Of a DNA stretch of 64,000 nucleotides, positions 20,064-30,194 are shown piece by piece. The DNA lies in the NCBI GenBank assembly GCA_038230375.1, contig JBBRNJ010000011.1, positions 1-64,000 on the forward strand. The letters are read 5' to 3'. Made by a program: the position numbers and the translations under genes. The notes under the pieces were generated by a model. That model searched no databases. It saw only the letters and a program-made list of their open reading frames with translations, and had not been told where the DNA came from. How positions within the stretch are numbered: the first letter of the stretch is position 1; each line of letters starts with the position of its first letter. The stretch is from Polyangiales bacterium (GTDB taxonomy: Bacteria > Myxococcota_A > Polyangia > Polyangiales > Polyangiaceae).

Positions 20064-21500
20064 ATGGGATTCTTCAATCGCCCGACCACCCTTTCCTGGC
20101 TTCGCTTCGCCCTCGTCGGAGCCGCGCTGGCCGCACCTGGGTGCGCCGCTTCGACGGATGACACCAACGCCGCCGTGGAGGAGGCCGATCTGTCGGCATC
20201 CGATCAAGCGGTCGCGACGCTCGCAGGGACCGCGAAGAGTCACCTGTACGTGAGCCTCACCCCGAGGTCTGGAACGGTCGCCACCGCCGCGATGATCACC
20301 GCGGCCAAGCGCGGAGTCACCGTGCGCGCCATTCTCGATTCGCGTGGGGCCTTCGATGCCACGTGGACGATGCAGCAGCACCTCGAGTCCAGCGGCGTCG
20401 ACGTGGACGTTCGCGCCGATGTCATCTCCACCGTTCTTGCCGTGAGTGACGACACCGCCCTTCTCCCCGGCGCGACGCCGCGCACCGAGAAGGACGCAGT
20501 CAAGGTGAAGGGCTACCAGAAGAGCTTCACGGACATCCTGGAGTGGTCGCACAGCGACGTGAAGGGCACGCTCATCGCGCCAGGCACCGTCGCCGTTCAT
20601 CCCATGCCGGAGTCCGGACGTGATCGCATCGTGCAGCTCCTCTCCACCGCGAAGACGTCGATCGACCTCTCGATCTACCAGCTGCAGGATCGCCCCGTCG
20701 TTGACGCGCTCGTCGCCGCAGCGGGCCGTCACGTGAAGGTCCGCGTCATGCTCGAGCCGCGCACCGTGGGCGCCGCCAACTTCGACGCCGTCTCCGCCAC
20801 GCTCAAGGCCTCTGGCGTGACCGTGAAGACCACGCCCAAGGCGTTCGACTCCTCCCACAACGTCGACCACGCAAAGTTCTGCCTCATCGACGACAAGGAG
20901 CTGCTCTTCGGCACCGGTAACATGGTGCGCAGTGGCCTGGGCGGCGTGGACGTGACCGCGTTCGACAACCGCGACTTCTGGATCGAGGACGCGCGCCCCG
21001 CCGCGCTCAAGGAGGCACGCGGGCTCTTCGACGCGGACTTCGCCGAGACGTCGACCGCGCACATGACCTTCGACGCGCTCGTGGTCACGCCGGACAACGC
21101 GAACAGCAAGATCGGCGCGCTCATCGACGGCGCCAAGCACCGATTGTTCGTTGCAAACCAGTCGCTCTCCGACGCCGGCATCCAGGGAAAGATCCTCGCC
21201 GCAAAGAAGCGCGGCGTCGATGTCCGCGTCCTGCTCGGCTACCAGCCGGCATTCGGCGGCGGCGCTCCCCCGAACGAGCCCGCGCTGAAGGCGCTCAGGG
21301 CTGGCAACATCCAGGCCGACTACCTGAAGAAGCACTACCTCCACGCGAAGATCATCGTCGCGGACGACTCCGTCTATCTCGGCTCGCAGAACTTCACGAA
21401 CGGCGGTCTCAACAACAACCGCGAGGTGGGCGAGATCCTGACGGATGCAAAGGCCGTCAGCACGGTCGTCGAGACGTTCACCAAGGACGCGTCGAACTGA
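20064..21500 (+). CDS. Phospholipase D family lipoprotein
   Basis: Lipobox APGC; two HKD motifs (HAKFCLID, HAKIIVAD...GSQNFT). Confidence 0.88.
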   Translation: MGFFNRPTTLSWLRFALVGAALAAPGCAASTDDTNAAVEEADLSASDQAVATLAGTAKSHLYVSLTPRSGTVATAAMITAAKRGVTVRAILDSRGAFDATWTMQQHLESSGVDVDVRADVISTVLAVSDDTALLPGATPRTEKDAVKVKGYQKSFTDILEWSHSDVKGTLIAPGTVAVHPMPESGRDRIVQLLSTAKTSIDLSIYQLQDRPVVDALVAAAGRHVKVRVMLEPRTVGAANFDAVSATLKASGVTVKTTPKAFDSSHNVDHAKFCLIDDKELLFGTGNMVRSGLGGVDVTAFDNRDFWIEDARPAALKEARGLFDADFAETSTAHMTFDALVVTPDNANSKIGALIDGAKHRLFVANQSLSDAGIQGKILAAKKRGVDVRVLLGYQPAFGGGAPPNEPALKALRAGNIQADYLKKHYLHAKIIVADDSVYLGSQNFTNGGLNNNREVGEILTDAKAVSTVVETFTKDASN

Positions 21501-21542
21501 CGCGTGAGCTACGCTGCTCTCCGACGAACAAGGAGCAGAGCA

Positions 21543-21938
21543 ATGATTCGCCCGGACATGATCGGACTCGTGGTCGAAGACATCAAGCGATCGCTTGCAT
21601 TCTACAGGCATCTCGGCCTGGACGTTACGGACCCCGCGGAGGGCGAGGCCTATGTGGAGGTGAAGGCAAACGGCTATCGCATCTCGTGGAACAGCATCGA
21701 GATGGTGAAGAAGCTCGAGCCGAAATGGACCGCGCCAAAGGGCCACCGCATGGAGCTCGCGTTCCTCTGCGACTCACCCGCGGAGGTCGACGCAGCCTAT
21801 TCGAAGCTCGTCACGGCTGGCCACGAAGGCCACAAGGAGCCGTGGGATGCGTTCTGGGGACAGCGCTACGCCGTGGTCGTGGATCCCGACGGGAACCACG
21901 TCAGCATCTTTGCACCGCTGAAGCCTTCGGCGCCCTGA
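21543..21938 (+). CDS. VOC/glyoxalase family protein
   Basis: SLAFYRHLG, PWDAFWGQRYAVVVDPDGN; AGGAG SD. Confidence 0.9.
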   Translation: MIRPDMIGLVVEDIKRSLAFYRHLGLDVTDPAEGEAYVEVKANGYRISWNSIEMVKKLEPKWTAPKGHRMELAFLCDSPAEVDAAYSKLVTAGHEGHKEPWDAFWGQRYAVVVDPDGNHVSIFAPLKPSAP

Positions 21939-21958
21939 GAGCGTCGTTGGTCCCACGG

Positions 21959-22552
21959 TCAGCGCGATGGGCCTGACCAGTCGGTCCACTTGTAGGGGAC
22001 GTCGCGCACGTCCACGTGGACCATCTTGCTGGTGGGGTAGTAGCCCAGGCCGGGCACGTGTTGACCCTCTGCCAGCTTGCGCAGGTCCCACGTGCGCACG
22101 CCCGGGACGCGTACATCCGCGGCCATTCCCTGCGTGTGGAAGCTCTTGTCGCGCGCGTTCTTGGGCGCGCGGTAACCCGACACGAGCTCGAGGTCTCCGC
22201 CGGTCGCCTCTGCGAGATGCGAGAGCACTGCCACCAGCCTGGGATCGATGTCGTGCTCCTTCTGTGTGCGCGTGCACCGGAGCAGATGGTTCAAGGCGCG
22301 CGCGGACTCGTCGGTGGGCCTGTCACCGAGCATGCGCACCGTCACGCTCTCGCCAGTGTTCACCGCGCGGATGATGAACGAGGTGGCGCGCGGCGAGTCG
22401 GAGATGACGAGCGACCGCGGCTCGTGACCGGAGACGTGCGCTGGCAGCACGGGAGCAGGTGCGACGCCCGCCTGCGCTGGCGTGGTCCCAGGCCACGAGG
22501 TCATCGTGAGCCCGAACGCGGCCGTGGCGAGTGCTCGGGCGTAAGGACGCAT
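21959..22552 (-). CDS. YcbK/DUF882-like M15 peptidase
   Basis: LNHLLRC, IDPRL, VSGYR, SFHTQGMAAD, GLGYYP, VHVDVR. Confidence 0.85.
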   Translation of the reverse strand: MRPYARALATAAFGLTMTSWPGTTPAQAGVAPAPVLPAHVSGHEPRSLVISDSPRATSFIIRAVNTGESVTVRMLGDRPTDESARALNHLLRCTRTQKEHDIDPRLVAVLSHLAEATGGDLELVSGYRAPKNARDKSFHTQGMAADVRVPGVRTWDLRKLAEGQHVPGLGYYPTSKMVHVDVRDVPYKWTDWSGPSR

Positions 22553-22630
22553 CACGTTGGAGGATAGGGGCTGCGAAACACCTGTCAAAGGCGAACGCGG
22601 ACGCTCACATCACCTCACCAGCTCATCGAC

Positions 22631-23335
22631 TCAGCTACGCACGAGCGCGAGCACGTCCTGTGCCTTGCCTTGCGACATGACGCGTCCGTGTGTGAGCAGC
22701 ACGATGTCGTCCGCGATCTCTCCGACAAAGTCCATGTCGTGGGAGACCACGACGATGGTGCGGCCTTCCTTGCGCAGGTCGGACAGGATGCGGGCGATCT
22801 CCACGCGGCGGCTGGGGTCCAGCGCGCTGGTCGGCTCGTCAAAGAGGAGGGCCTCGGGATTCATCGCGAGCGCACGTGCGATCGCCACGCGCTGCTGCTC
22901 GCCACCGGAGAGCTCACGCGGATAGGCGCCCGCCCGCTGTGCAAGCCCCAGTCGCTCGAGCAGGGCGCTCGCTCGTGACTTCGCCTCGGAGTCCTTCATC
23001 TGCGCGACGTAGATCGGCGCCTCCACGATGTTCTCCATCACCGTTTGGTGCGCGAACAGGTGGTACGCCTGAAACACGAAGCCCACGCTCTTCCTGATCT
23101 GCTGCACGGCGGCGACGTCGGTCCCGGACGTGGTACCGCGGTAGGCCACCGAGCCCACGACCACGGAGCCGCTGTCGAAGGTGGTGAGGCCGTTGATGCA
23201 GCGCAGGAGGGTGGTCTTGCCACTGCCCGACGGCCCGCAGATGGCGCAGATGCGCCCCGGCTCGAACGTCACGGTCACCTGCGAGAGGATCAGGCGCCCA
23301 TCCATCTTCTTCTCGAGGCCCTTGATGCCGATCAT
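22631..23335 (-). CDS. Polar amino acid ABC transporter ATP-binding protein
   Basis: GPSGSGKTT, LSGGEQQRVAIARAL, LLFDEPTSALD. Confidence 0.93.
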   Translation of the reverse strand: MIGIKGLEKKMDGRLILSQVTVTFEPGRICAICGPSGSGKTTLLRCINGLTTFDSGSVVVGSVAYRGTTSGTDVAAVQQIRKSVGFVFQAYHLFAHQTVMENIVEAPIYVAQMKDSEAKSRASALLERLGLAQRAGAYPRELSGGEQQRVAIARALAMNPEALLFDEPTSALDPSRRVEIARILSDLRKEGRTIVVVSHDMDFVGEIADDIVLLTHGRVMSQGKAQDVLALVRS

Positions 23336-24858
23336 CGTCCTGCTCCTCCAAGCCGCTTCTCCAGCCTGCGGGCGAGGAGCGACAGCGGGTAGCTCATGAC
23401 GAAGTACATGAGGGCGCAGAGGGCGCCCGGAATGGCATAGCTGCGCACCTCGACGGCGGTGATGCTCATGCGCTTCGTGAGCTCCACGACCGTGAGCACG
23501 CTCACGAGTGAGCTGTCCTTGAGGAGCGCGATGAAGTCATTCGTGATGTTCGGGATCGCATGGCGGAGCGCCTGCGGGAGGAGCACGCGGCGAATGGCCA
23601 GGCTGCGCGTCATGCCGAGCGACAGCGCGGCTTCCATCTGACCTTCAGGCACCGCCTGGATGCCGGCGCGGAAGGTCTCTGCCTCGTACGCCGCGTAGTT
23701 CATGCCCAGGCCGATCACGGCAGCCACCAGCGCATCCAGCCGCACGACCGCCGCGAGCCCGTAATAGAGCAGGTACAGCTGCAGGAGCACCGGGGTGCCG
23801 CGATAGACCTCCACGTAGAGGCTCGCAAGCGCCGCATACTTCCGCGGCAGGTACGCGCGGGCCAGCGCCAGAGCCATCCCGAGCGGGATCGCAAGTGAGA
23901 TGGCGAGGATCGAGACAAGCAACGTCATGCCTGCGCCCTTGAGGAACAGGATCACGTGACCCGTGGAGAGCTGCGTGGCCGCCGGCGGCTCCGGCGACGT
24001 GGGCGCCGAGCCGAGCATCGCTCGCTGATCGCTCTCCGACCATGCGACCAGGCGGCTCTCGCGCGGCGACATCAGCCGCGCCTTGCTGAGGATCTGGTCG
24101 AGCTCCCCGGAGCTAGCGATGTTGCCGAGCGCGTTGTCGACAGCGTCCGCGAGTGCTGCGTCGTCCTTGCGAAGGCCGGCCGCATAGAAGCCCTCCGCCA
24201 CGTCGGCCACGACCTTGAGCTCCTTCTTCGGTGCGCCGTATCGCGCGGCGATGATGTCGTCGAGCAGGACGGCGTCGGTGCGGTGGAAGACGAGATCCGC
24301 GTACGGCTCCTCCACGCCCTCGTAGAGCGCGACGTTCTTGCCGCGAAGGATCTCCGCCGCGAGGCTGTTCGATAGCGTGCCCACGCGCCGGTCGCCGAGC
24401 GTGGCGAAGCTCGTGATCCGCGTCTCGTCCGTGCGCACCATGAGGCGCTCCGCGAACACGTAGTAGGGACGCGAGAACCGCAGCACGCCCTGCCGCGCCA
24501 CCGTGACCTCGAGCCCGTTCATGATCATGTCGAATGAGCCACGCGCGAGCGCCGGCACGAGCTGGCTCCAGTCGCTCTGCTTGAACTCCTGGCGCACACC
24601 GAGCCGCTTCGCGATCGCCTCCGCGAGATCGACCTCGAACCCGATCAGGCGTCCCGGTGCCGCGGGGTCGTCGTAGACGTACGGCTCGCCGCCCTGGATG
24701 TCGCCACCCCACGTGAGCACGCCAGCCTTCCGCACGCGAACGAGCGAGTCATCACCGGCCCACGCCACGCTCGGGACCGCGCAAAGCAGCAAGACGAACG
24801 AAAGCAGCACGCCGAAGCGCGCACGCGGGGTGGCCACACTGGAGAAGTATCGGGTCAT
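23332..24858 (-). CDS. Polar amino acid ABC transporter, fused substrate-binding protein and permease
   Basis: GFEVDLA binding domain plus YRGTPVLLQL, EAALSLG and LLKDSSL permease motifs. Confidence 0.92.
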   Translation of the reverse strand: MTRYFSSVATPRARFGVLLSFVLLLCAVPSVAWAGDDSLVRVRKAGVLTWGGDIQGGEPYVYDDPAAPGRLIGFEVDLAEAIAKRLGVRQEFKQSDWSQLVPALARGSFDMIMNGLEVTVARQGVLRFSRPYYVFAERLMVRTDETRITSFATLGDRRVGTLSNSLAAEILRGKNVALYEGVEEPYADLVFHRTDAVLLDDIIAARYGAPKKELKVVADVAEGFYAAGLRKDDAALADAVDNALGNIASSGELDQILSKARLMSPRESRLVAWSESDQRAMLGSAPTSPEPPAATQLSTGHVILFLKGAGMTLLVSILAISLAIPLGMALALARAYLPRKYAALASLYVEVYRGTPVLLQLYLLYYGLAAVVRLDALVAAVIGLGMNYAAYEAETFRAGIQAVPEGQMEAALSLGMTRSLAIRRVLLPQALRHAIPNITNDFIALLKDSSLVSVLTVVELTKRMSITAVEVRSYAIPGALCALMYFVMSYPLSLLARRLEKRLGGAGR

Positions 24859-24982
24859 TGGAACGAAGCGCTCATCCCCAAATCATGTGGACAAGTTGCC
24901 TACATGCGCTACGTCAAGGGCAAGACGGTACGCGGATCTCGGGAGGATTCGCGTGAGCGCACGAAGGATTAGGGGTGCAGTT

Positions 24983-25711
24983 GTGAGGTACTTCATTTCG
25001 TTCGAGGAAGGGGCGGAGCCCACGGAGCAGATCGCGTTTCCGCGGTCCACGTCAAGACTCCCCGTCGAGGAGACAGCGGACTCTATCGCGCTGGCATGTC
25101 GGTCAGCGGCGTTGTCGTTCATGGATGGTGTCGCGCACGGTTGGAGCAAGTTCGATCTGGCCATGTGGCTGGCCGGTCCGTACGCCCATGCTACGCGGTT
25201 CGCGCCCCGTGGGGAACGAACCCTTCCGGATCGTCCGACCTCTGACGGACCGGAGTCCGACCCCGTTGGCGGCGAGCGCCTCCACGAGGTGATGGACAAC
25301 GCTCGGATGCACAGCCTCGCGCTCTGCGAAGAGCTGTCCCTGCCGCGCAGCGACAGTGACTTCATCGACGACGCCATCGCGCGTGGCCTGCTCACGCCCA
25401 TCGAAGATCATCGCGGCTCGCTCTTGTGGGTTCCCGTCGACGCGGCGCGCATGCGGCTCTGCGATCGCGTCCGCTCGCTCTTCGTCGTGGACTACCTGCT
25501 CGCGCCGCACCTGTACCTGGAGTCCCTGCTCGTCTGTCAGCGCTGCGAGCGCATCGTGTTCGACATCAACGCCAAGCAGGTAGGCCACTGTTCACTCCAC
25601 AGGCACCGTAGTGGTATCGTCGTCTCTGGGCATGGCTCACAAGCGGAGAGCGAGGACGCGTCCGGGCAAGACGCGGGTTACGCCGAATCAACGTTCGGGC
25701 AAGCTGGCTAG
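24983..25711 (+). CDS. Hypothetical protein with C-terminal Cys/His cluster (start uncertain)
   Basis: Coherent ORF with CQRC...CSLH. Confidence 0.55.
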   Translation: MRYFISFEEGAEPTEQIAFPRSTSRLPVEETADSIALACRSAALSFMDGVAHGWSKFDLAMWLAGPYAHATRFAPRGERTLPDRPTSDGPESDPVGGERLHEVMDNARMHSLALCEELSLPRSDSDFIDDAIARGLLTPIEDHRGSLLWVPVDAARMRLCDRVRSLFVVDYLLAPHLYLESLLVCQRCERIVFDINAKQVGHCSLHRHRSGIVVSGHGSQAESEDASGQDAGYAESTFGQAG

Positions 25712-25825
25712 CTCGCGCCGTCGCGAACGCCCGGGCGTTTGAGTGGACTTCCTTACGTCCACCGTGAGCGAAAGATCATGAAATCTTGGCGTGTCGCCAG
25801 GTGTCATGGGAGCGTGCCTCCTCAC

Positions 25826-26725
25826 GTGCCCAGGAAACTCGCCCCTCTGCTCGTGGGCCTTGCTGGGCTGGGCGCGCTCGTCGTGGTGCCGCGCGTCGCG
25901 CTTGCGCAGAACGAGCCGGATCCGAACCGCCAGTTCATGGCGCCCGCCACCGACCCGCCGCCAGGGACGCCGCCGCTCCCGCCTCCTGGCGAGCCACAGA
26001 ATCCGGGCAGCCAACCCAGCGCCCCCAACGCCGACCCAAACCAGCCGCCGCCGCAAGAGAGCCCTGACGCCACGCCCGGCGCCTACGGCTTCGATCCGCA
26101 TCCGCCAATCCGCACGCGTGGCAAGCGCGACGGCGTGACCTGGGAGGCCAACGCGGACTTTCGTGTATCTTACATCGATCGAATCCCGGAGCTGAAGATC
26201 TCCCAGGACGTCGTCGGTCCGCACGCGCTCGCATCGGGCACCGTCGTGCATGGCAGTACGTCGCTCGTGACGGGCGGCCTGGGCTTCGACTTCGGGCTGG
26301 TCCTCGACGACCGCTGGCGTATCGGCGGCATCGGGGGCAGCTACGAGTCCGCCATGGGTACGAGCGCACGTCGCCGCGCCTATGTGGACGGCTCCATCGC
26401 GGAGCTCCGCCCGTGGACGGCGTCGCGCTTCGGGTTCGACTTCGGCGGCGTGGGGCAACGCTACAAGTACCGGCGCTGGCAGTTCGGCTGGATGGTGTCG
26501 GGCAGCGTGATCGTGACCACCATGAACGTGTCGGTTGCGAGCGGCGGAGGCTCGGAGGACGCGTGGGGCTCGGCGGTTGCGCTCTCCGTCCATGGTCAGG
26601 CAGAGGCGTGCAGGCGGCTCGATCTCGAGTCGCGCGTCTGTCTGGCGGTCGCACCGGATGTGTTCGATGGCGGTTATTTCATGCGCGGGGGCTCGCTCCT
26701 CGCGCGCTGGGAGTGGGGCCGATGA
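25826..26725 (+). CDS. Secreted hypothetical protein, Pro-rich linker plus possible beta-barrel (start uncertain)
   Basis: Signal peptide ending ALA-Q, Pro-rich segment, amphipathic beta-strand pattern ending RWEWGR. Confidence 0.6.
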   Translation: MPRKLAPLLVGLAGLGALVVVPRVALAQNEPDPNRQFMAPATDPPPGTPPLPPPGEPQNPGSQPSAPNADPNQPPPQESPDATPGAYGFDPHPPIRTRGKRDGVTWEANADFRVSYIDRIPELKISQDVVGPHALASGTVVHGSTSLVTGGLGFDFGLVLDDRWRIGGIGGSYESAMGTSARRRAYVDGSIAELRPWTASRFGFDFGGVGQRYKYRRWQFGWMVSGSVIVTTMNVSVASGGGSEDAWGSAVALSVHGQAEACRRLDLESRVCLAVAPDVFDGGYFMRGGSLLARWEWGR

Positions 26726-27843
26726 ACAAGCCTTCCGTGAACCTTCGCTTTCTCGCGAGCTCCTCGCTCGCCGTCGTCACGCTCGGCCTGGCGCTGGGCG
26801 TGACCGGATGTGGCGTGGAGGCGTCGCCAGAGGGCCGCGTCGAGTCCGCGGACATCGTGGCCATCCCGCAGCGGCCAGTCACGGTGCTGGTCGACTCGTG
26901 CGTGCTCGACTCGTGGCATCGCTCGACGTTGCCGACCCCCGCTGCGCGCAAGGTCATCGGCGAGATCGTCATGCTCTGCCTCGTGCCCCGCTACGACGGT
27001 TCGGTCGGGCCGAGCGATCCTGCCGGCGCCTCGGCGCTCGCCGGCCTTGTCACGGAGCTGCATGCGGACGGGTACCCGGTGAAGCTCGGCGTCGCGTTCA
27101 ACGACGAGTCGGGGCAGGCGTCGAACGCAGCCCAGACCAGCGCGCTCCTCCTCCTCCCCGACTGGCGCGCGAAGGTCGTGACGGCGCTGACCGCTGCGGT
27201 GGGTGAAGCCGAGGGTATCGATCTCGACTTCGAGTCGCTTCAGCCCAGCGCCCGCTCCGGCGTCACCGCGCTGGTCCTGTCGCTCGGGCAAGCGCTCCAC
27301 GCAAAGGGCAAGAAGCTCGCGGTCTACGTTCCGCCGAGCACCACCTCGCCGAGCGACGTGGCTGGCGGCGACGCCTACGACCTCGCCGCGTTCGACGGCA
27401 AGGTCGATCGCGTGCGGGTGACCACGCTGGACTACTCGGACAACACCCTGCCCGGTCCCACGACCGACCCTGGGTGGGCCGTCTCCGCGTACAAGTACGC
27501 CCGCGCGTACCTGCCGAACACGGCCATGGATGTGTCGTATCCGCTCTACGGCGCAGACTTCGGGCCGGCCGGCGTGCGCGGAACGAGCTGGGTGGAGGCG
27601 CGCGGAATCGCCGACCTGGCTGGGGTGTCCTCGTTCGATCGCGGACCCACGGGTGCTCCGCGCTTCAATTACAGCCGCGAGGATGGGGCGCACGAGGTCT
27701 GGTTCGACGACGCCACGTCCACCACGCAGGCGCTGGCGGCGTGGGACTACGGCACCAGGCCCGCGGGCACGGGCGTGTTCTTCTGGGGCTTCGGGGCCGA
27801 GGACCCGACGCTGTGGCAAGAGCTCGCCAAGAGGCTGCCGTGA
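26722..27843 (+). CDS. GH18 family lipoprotein
   Basis: Lipobox VTGC; EGIDLDFE, PLYG, VWFDD, GVFFWGFGAED; ATGA overlap with the previous gene. Confidence 0.82.
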   Translation: MNKPSVNLRFLASSSLAVVTLGLALGVTGCGVEASPEGRVESADIVAIPQRPVTVLVDSCVLDSWHRSTLPTPAARKVIGEIVMLCLVPRYDGSVGPSDPAGASALAGLVTELHADGYPVKLGVAFNDESGQASNAAQTSALLLLPDWRAKVVTALTAAVGEAEGIDLDFESLQPSARSGVTALVLSLGQALHAKGKKLAVYVPPSTTSPSDVAGGDAYDLAAFDGKVDRVRVTTLDYSDNTLPGPTTDPGWAVSAYKYARAYLPNTAMDVSYPLYGADFGPAGVRGTSWVEARGIADLAGVSSFDRGPTGAPRFNYSREDGAHEVWFDDATSTTQALAAWDYGTRPAGTGVFFWGFGAEDPTLWQELAKRLP

Positions 27844-29150
27844 CCATGTTCTCCACGGATCACCCCGAGCTCTTCGACTCGGTCAACGTCTCGACGATGG
27901 CCCGCGTCGTCGCGTTGCCATGCGAAGATCCGCTCGCGATGCCCGGCGTCTCTCGCGCGCTCGCGCACGATTATTTCATCTGGGATGCGTTCCTGGGCGG
28001 GCAGAAGCGGGTGGATCTGCACCCGCTCGTGATCGGGCCAGAGCTGGCAGAGCGCGCGGAGCGGACGGCGGCGCTCGTGGTGAAGGCCATCGATGCGATC
28101 GCGAACGTCGCGCTGGAGTCCGACGCCGAGGCCGCGCGCTACCGGCTCGCGCCCGAGGTCGCGATGCTCGCCTCTGCCTCGCACGAAGGCGGCGAATCGT
28201 CGTCGCTCATGCGCGTGGACCTCTTGCTCGGGGATGACGACCAGTGGTTCGCCTGCGAGGTGAACGCGGACTGCCCCGGCGGACACAACGAGGCCTATGG
28301 CCTTCCGCGCCTCACGCGCTCGCTCGGCTTCGCCGGCGGCCAGAATCCCACGCGCGTGCTCGAGGACCTGGCCGAGGAGCTCATCGCGCTTTCCGGCGGC
28401 AAGGGCTCACCCGATGGGCTGATAGCGATCACGTTCGCCACGGCGTACGCCGACGATCTGCAGGTGTGCGCGCTGGTGGAGCGCGCCGTCGTCACGCGTG
28501 GCGGACGCGCGGTGCGAGCGCCGTTTCCTGCACTCAAAGAGGACGGTGATGGCATCGCGTTCCGCGGCGAGCGCGTGGCGGTGCTCTATCGCTTCCTGCC
28601 GCTGGAGTTCATGGAGGGCGGTCGCAACGTGGACGCCATCGGGCGTGCGCTTGCCATGGGCACGCTGAAATCCGTGTCGCGCGCGAGCGCGATCTACGCG
28701 CAGAGCAAGTTTGCGTACGCGCGTGGATGGGCGCTCGCAGACGAGCTGCCGCCCGTGATCGGTCGCGCGATCGAGCGCTATTTGCCCGAGTCCTACGACC
28801 TCACCGAGATGGACGACGCGAAGCTTCTTGGGAACCGCAAGGACTGGGTGCTGAAGCGCGCGTTCGGTCGCGTCGGCGACGAGGTCCTCGTCGGGCCGCT
28901 CCACACGGACGAGGAATGGGCGCACTCGCTCAAGCTCGTTCGTGCGCACGCCGCCATCGGTGAAGTGTGGATCGCGCAGCGCTTCGTGCCGCAGCGGCCC
29001 GTCAGCACTCCATGGGGCAACATGCTGGTCACGCTGGGGGTGTACGTCCAGAACGGGCGCCCGAATGGCTACTTCGCGCGCGTCACGTCGGAGAGCCACG
29101 TCTCGCACGACGCGCTCGTTCTGCCGGTGTTCGTGGGTGAGGCTGCGTGA
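27840..29150 (+). CDS. Glutathionylspermidine synthase-like ATP-grasp protein
   Basis: MRVDLLL, CEVNADCPGG, LYRFLPLE, QSK, WVLKRAFGRVGD, IAQRFV; GTGA overlap. Confidence 0.82.
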   Translation: MTMFSTDHPELFDSVNVSTMARVVALPCEDPLAMPGVSRALAHDYFIWDAFLGGQKRVDLHPLVIGPELAERAERTAALVVKAIDAIANVALESDAEAARYRLAPEVAMLASASHEGGESSSLMRVDLLLGDDDQWFACEVNADCPGGHNEAYGLPRLTRSLGFAGGQNPTRVLEDLAEELIALSGGKGSPDGLIAITFATAYADDLQVCALVERAVVTRGGRAVRAPFPALKEDGDGIAFRGERVAVLYRFLPLEFMEGGRNVDAIGRALAMGTLKSVSRASAIYAQSKFAYARGWALADELPPVIGRAIERYLPESYDLTEMDDAKLLGNRKDWVLKRAFGRVGDEVLVGPLHTDEEWAHSLKLVRAHAAIGEVWIAQRFVPQRPVSTPWGNMLVTLGVYVQNGRPNGYFARVTSESHVSHDALVLPVFVGEAA

Positions 29151-30148
29151 GAAGAACCACGCTCCTCTCCCTGTCGGCGTTCGCGCTCGCGCAAGCGGGC
29201 TGCGCCTTCAGGCCGTGGACGCCATCGGTGGCGGTCGCGTACTGGGCCGAGGACGTGCCCACGTACCGCGACGCGACGATCCCGCGCTCCAGCGTGATCG
29301 CGGCCGAGTGGCAGCTCCCGCTCGACAATCCGTGGGCGCGCTACCAGAAGCAGACGCTGGTGGCGGCGCTGGACGGCATGCCGCAGCGCACGAAGCTCCC
29401 GGACATCAACGAGCTCGGCGTCATCGGTGACGCGATCAACGCAGGCAATCGCGTGGGGCGCGCAGGCATTCCCTCTGACGTGATGTTCGTCGTGGACCTG
29501 CGAGGCGCGGCGTCGTGTGCGTTCGGCTCCAGCCTCTCTCGCGCATCGCAGGCGCCGGTGTCGAACGTGATCACGTTCAACAACTGGCCTGCGGACGAGG
29601 GGCTCATTCCCGCGGAAGAGACGCTGGCGGGGATGATCGCGTTCTCGCCGAAGCCCGCCGTGGCGAGCACCGACGCCGCGCCGGTGTTCCTTCTGGACTC
29701 GTGGCGCCTCGCCTACCGCTTCGACGAACCCGACGAGGAGACCTACGACAACCGCTACGTGCTCAATCAAGCGGACCTGCCCGATCCGGAGACATTGCGA
29801 ACGGCCGGCATCGCGCGCGTCATCTACGTGGTCGAGGATCTGGACGACACCGAGACCGAGGAGGACGATCTTCACGCGACCTTCGGCGCCTACCGAGACG
29901 CCGGCATCGAGATCTTCATGGTGGACGTGAACATGCTGGGCCGGGAGCCCCTTCCGGAGCGGTGGCCCACGGTGCTTGCGCCGTACCACTATCATGTCGT
30001 CACACGCGTCACGATCCTCGACAGCCCCATCTTCTACGCACGTGCGCACGGGGGTTTTGGCGGCGCCCACGGACGCCCAAGCGTGTTCGGCGGCGGCAGT
30101 ACGGGCGGCAGCCACGGCGGCGGCGGCCACGGGGGCTACGGCGGCTGA
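29147..30148 (+). CDS. Hypothetical (lipo)protein with Gly-rich C-terminal tail
   Basis: QAGC lipobox-like motif; tail ARAHGGFGG...GGGGHGGYGG; GTGA overlap. Confidence 0.7.
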   Translation: MRRTTLLSLSAFALAQAGCAFRPWTPSVAVAYWAEDVPTYRDATIPRSSVIAAEWQLPLDNPWARYQKQTLVAALDGMPQRTKLPDINELGVIGDAINAGNRVGRAGIPSDVMFVVDLRGAASCAFGSSLSRASQAPVSNVITFNNWPADEGLIPAEETLAGMIAFSPKPAVASTDAAPVFLLDSWRLAYRFDEPDEETYDNRYVLNQADLPDPETLRTAGIARVIYVVEDLDDTETEEDDLHATFGAYRDAGIEIFMVDVNMLGREPLPERWPTVLAPYHYHVVTRVTILDSPIFYARAHGGFGGAHGRPSVFGGGSTGGSHGGGGHGGYGG

Positions 30149-30194
30149 GAGTCTGGTTGCGCTGGGGGAAAAAACGAGTGTAAGGTGCCGCCCC

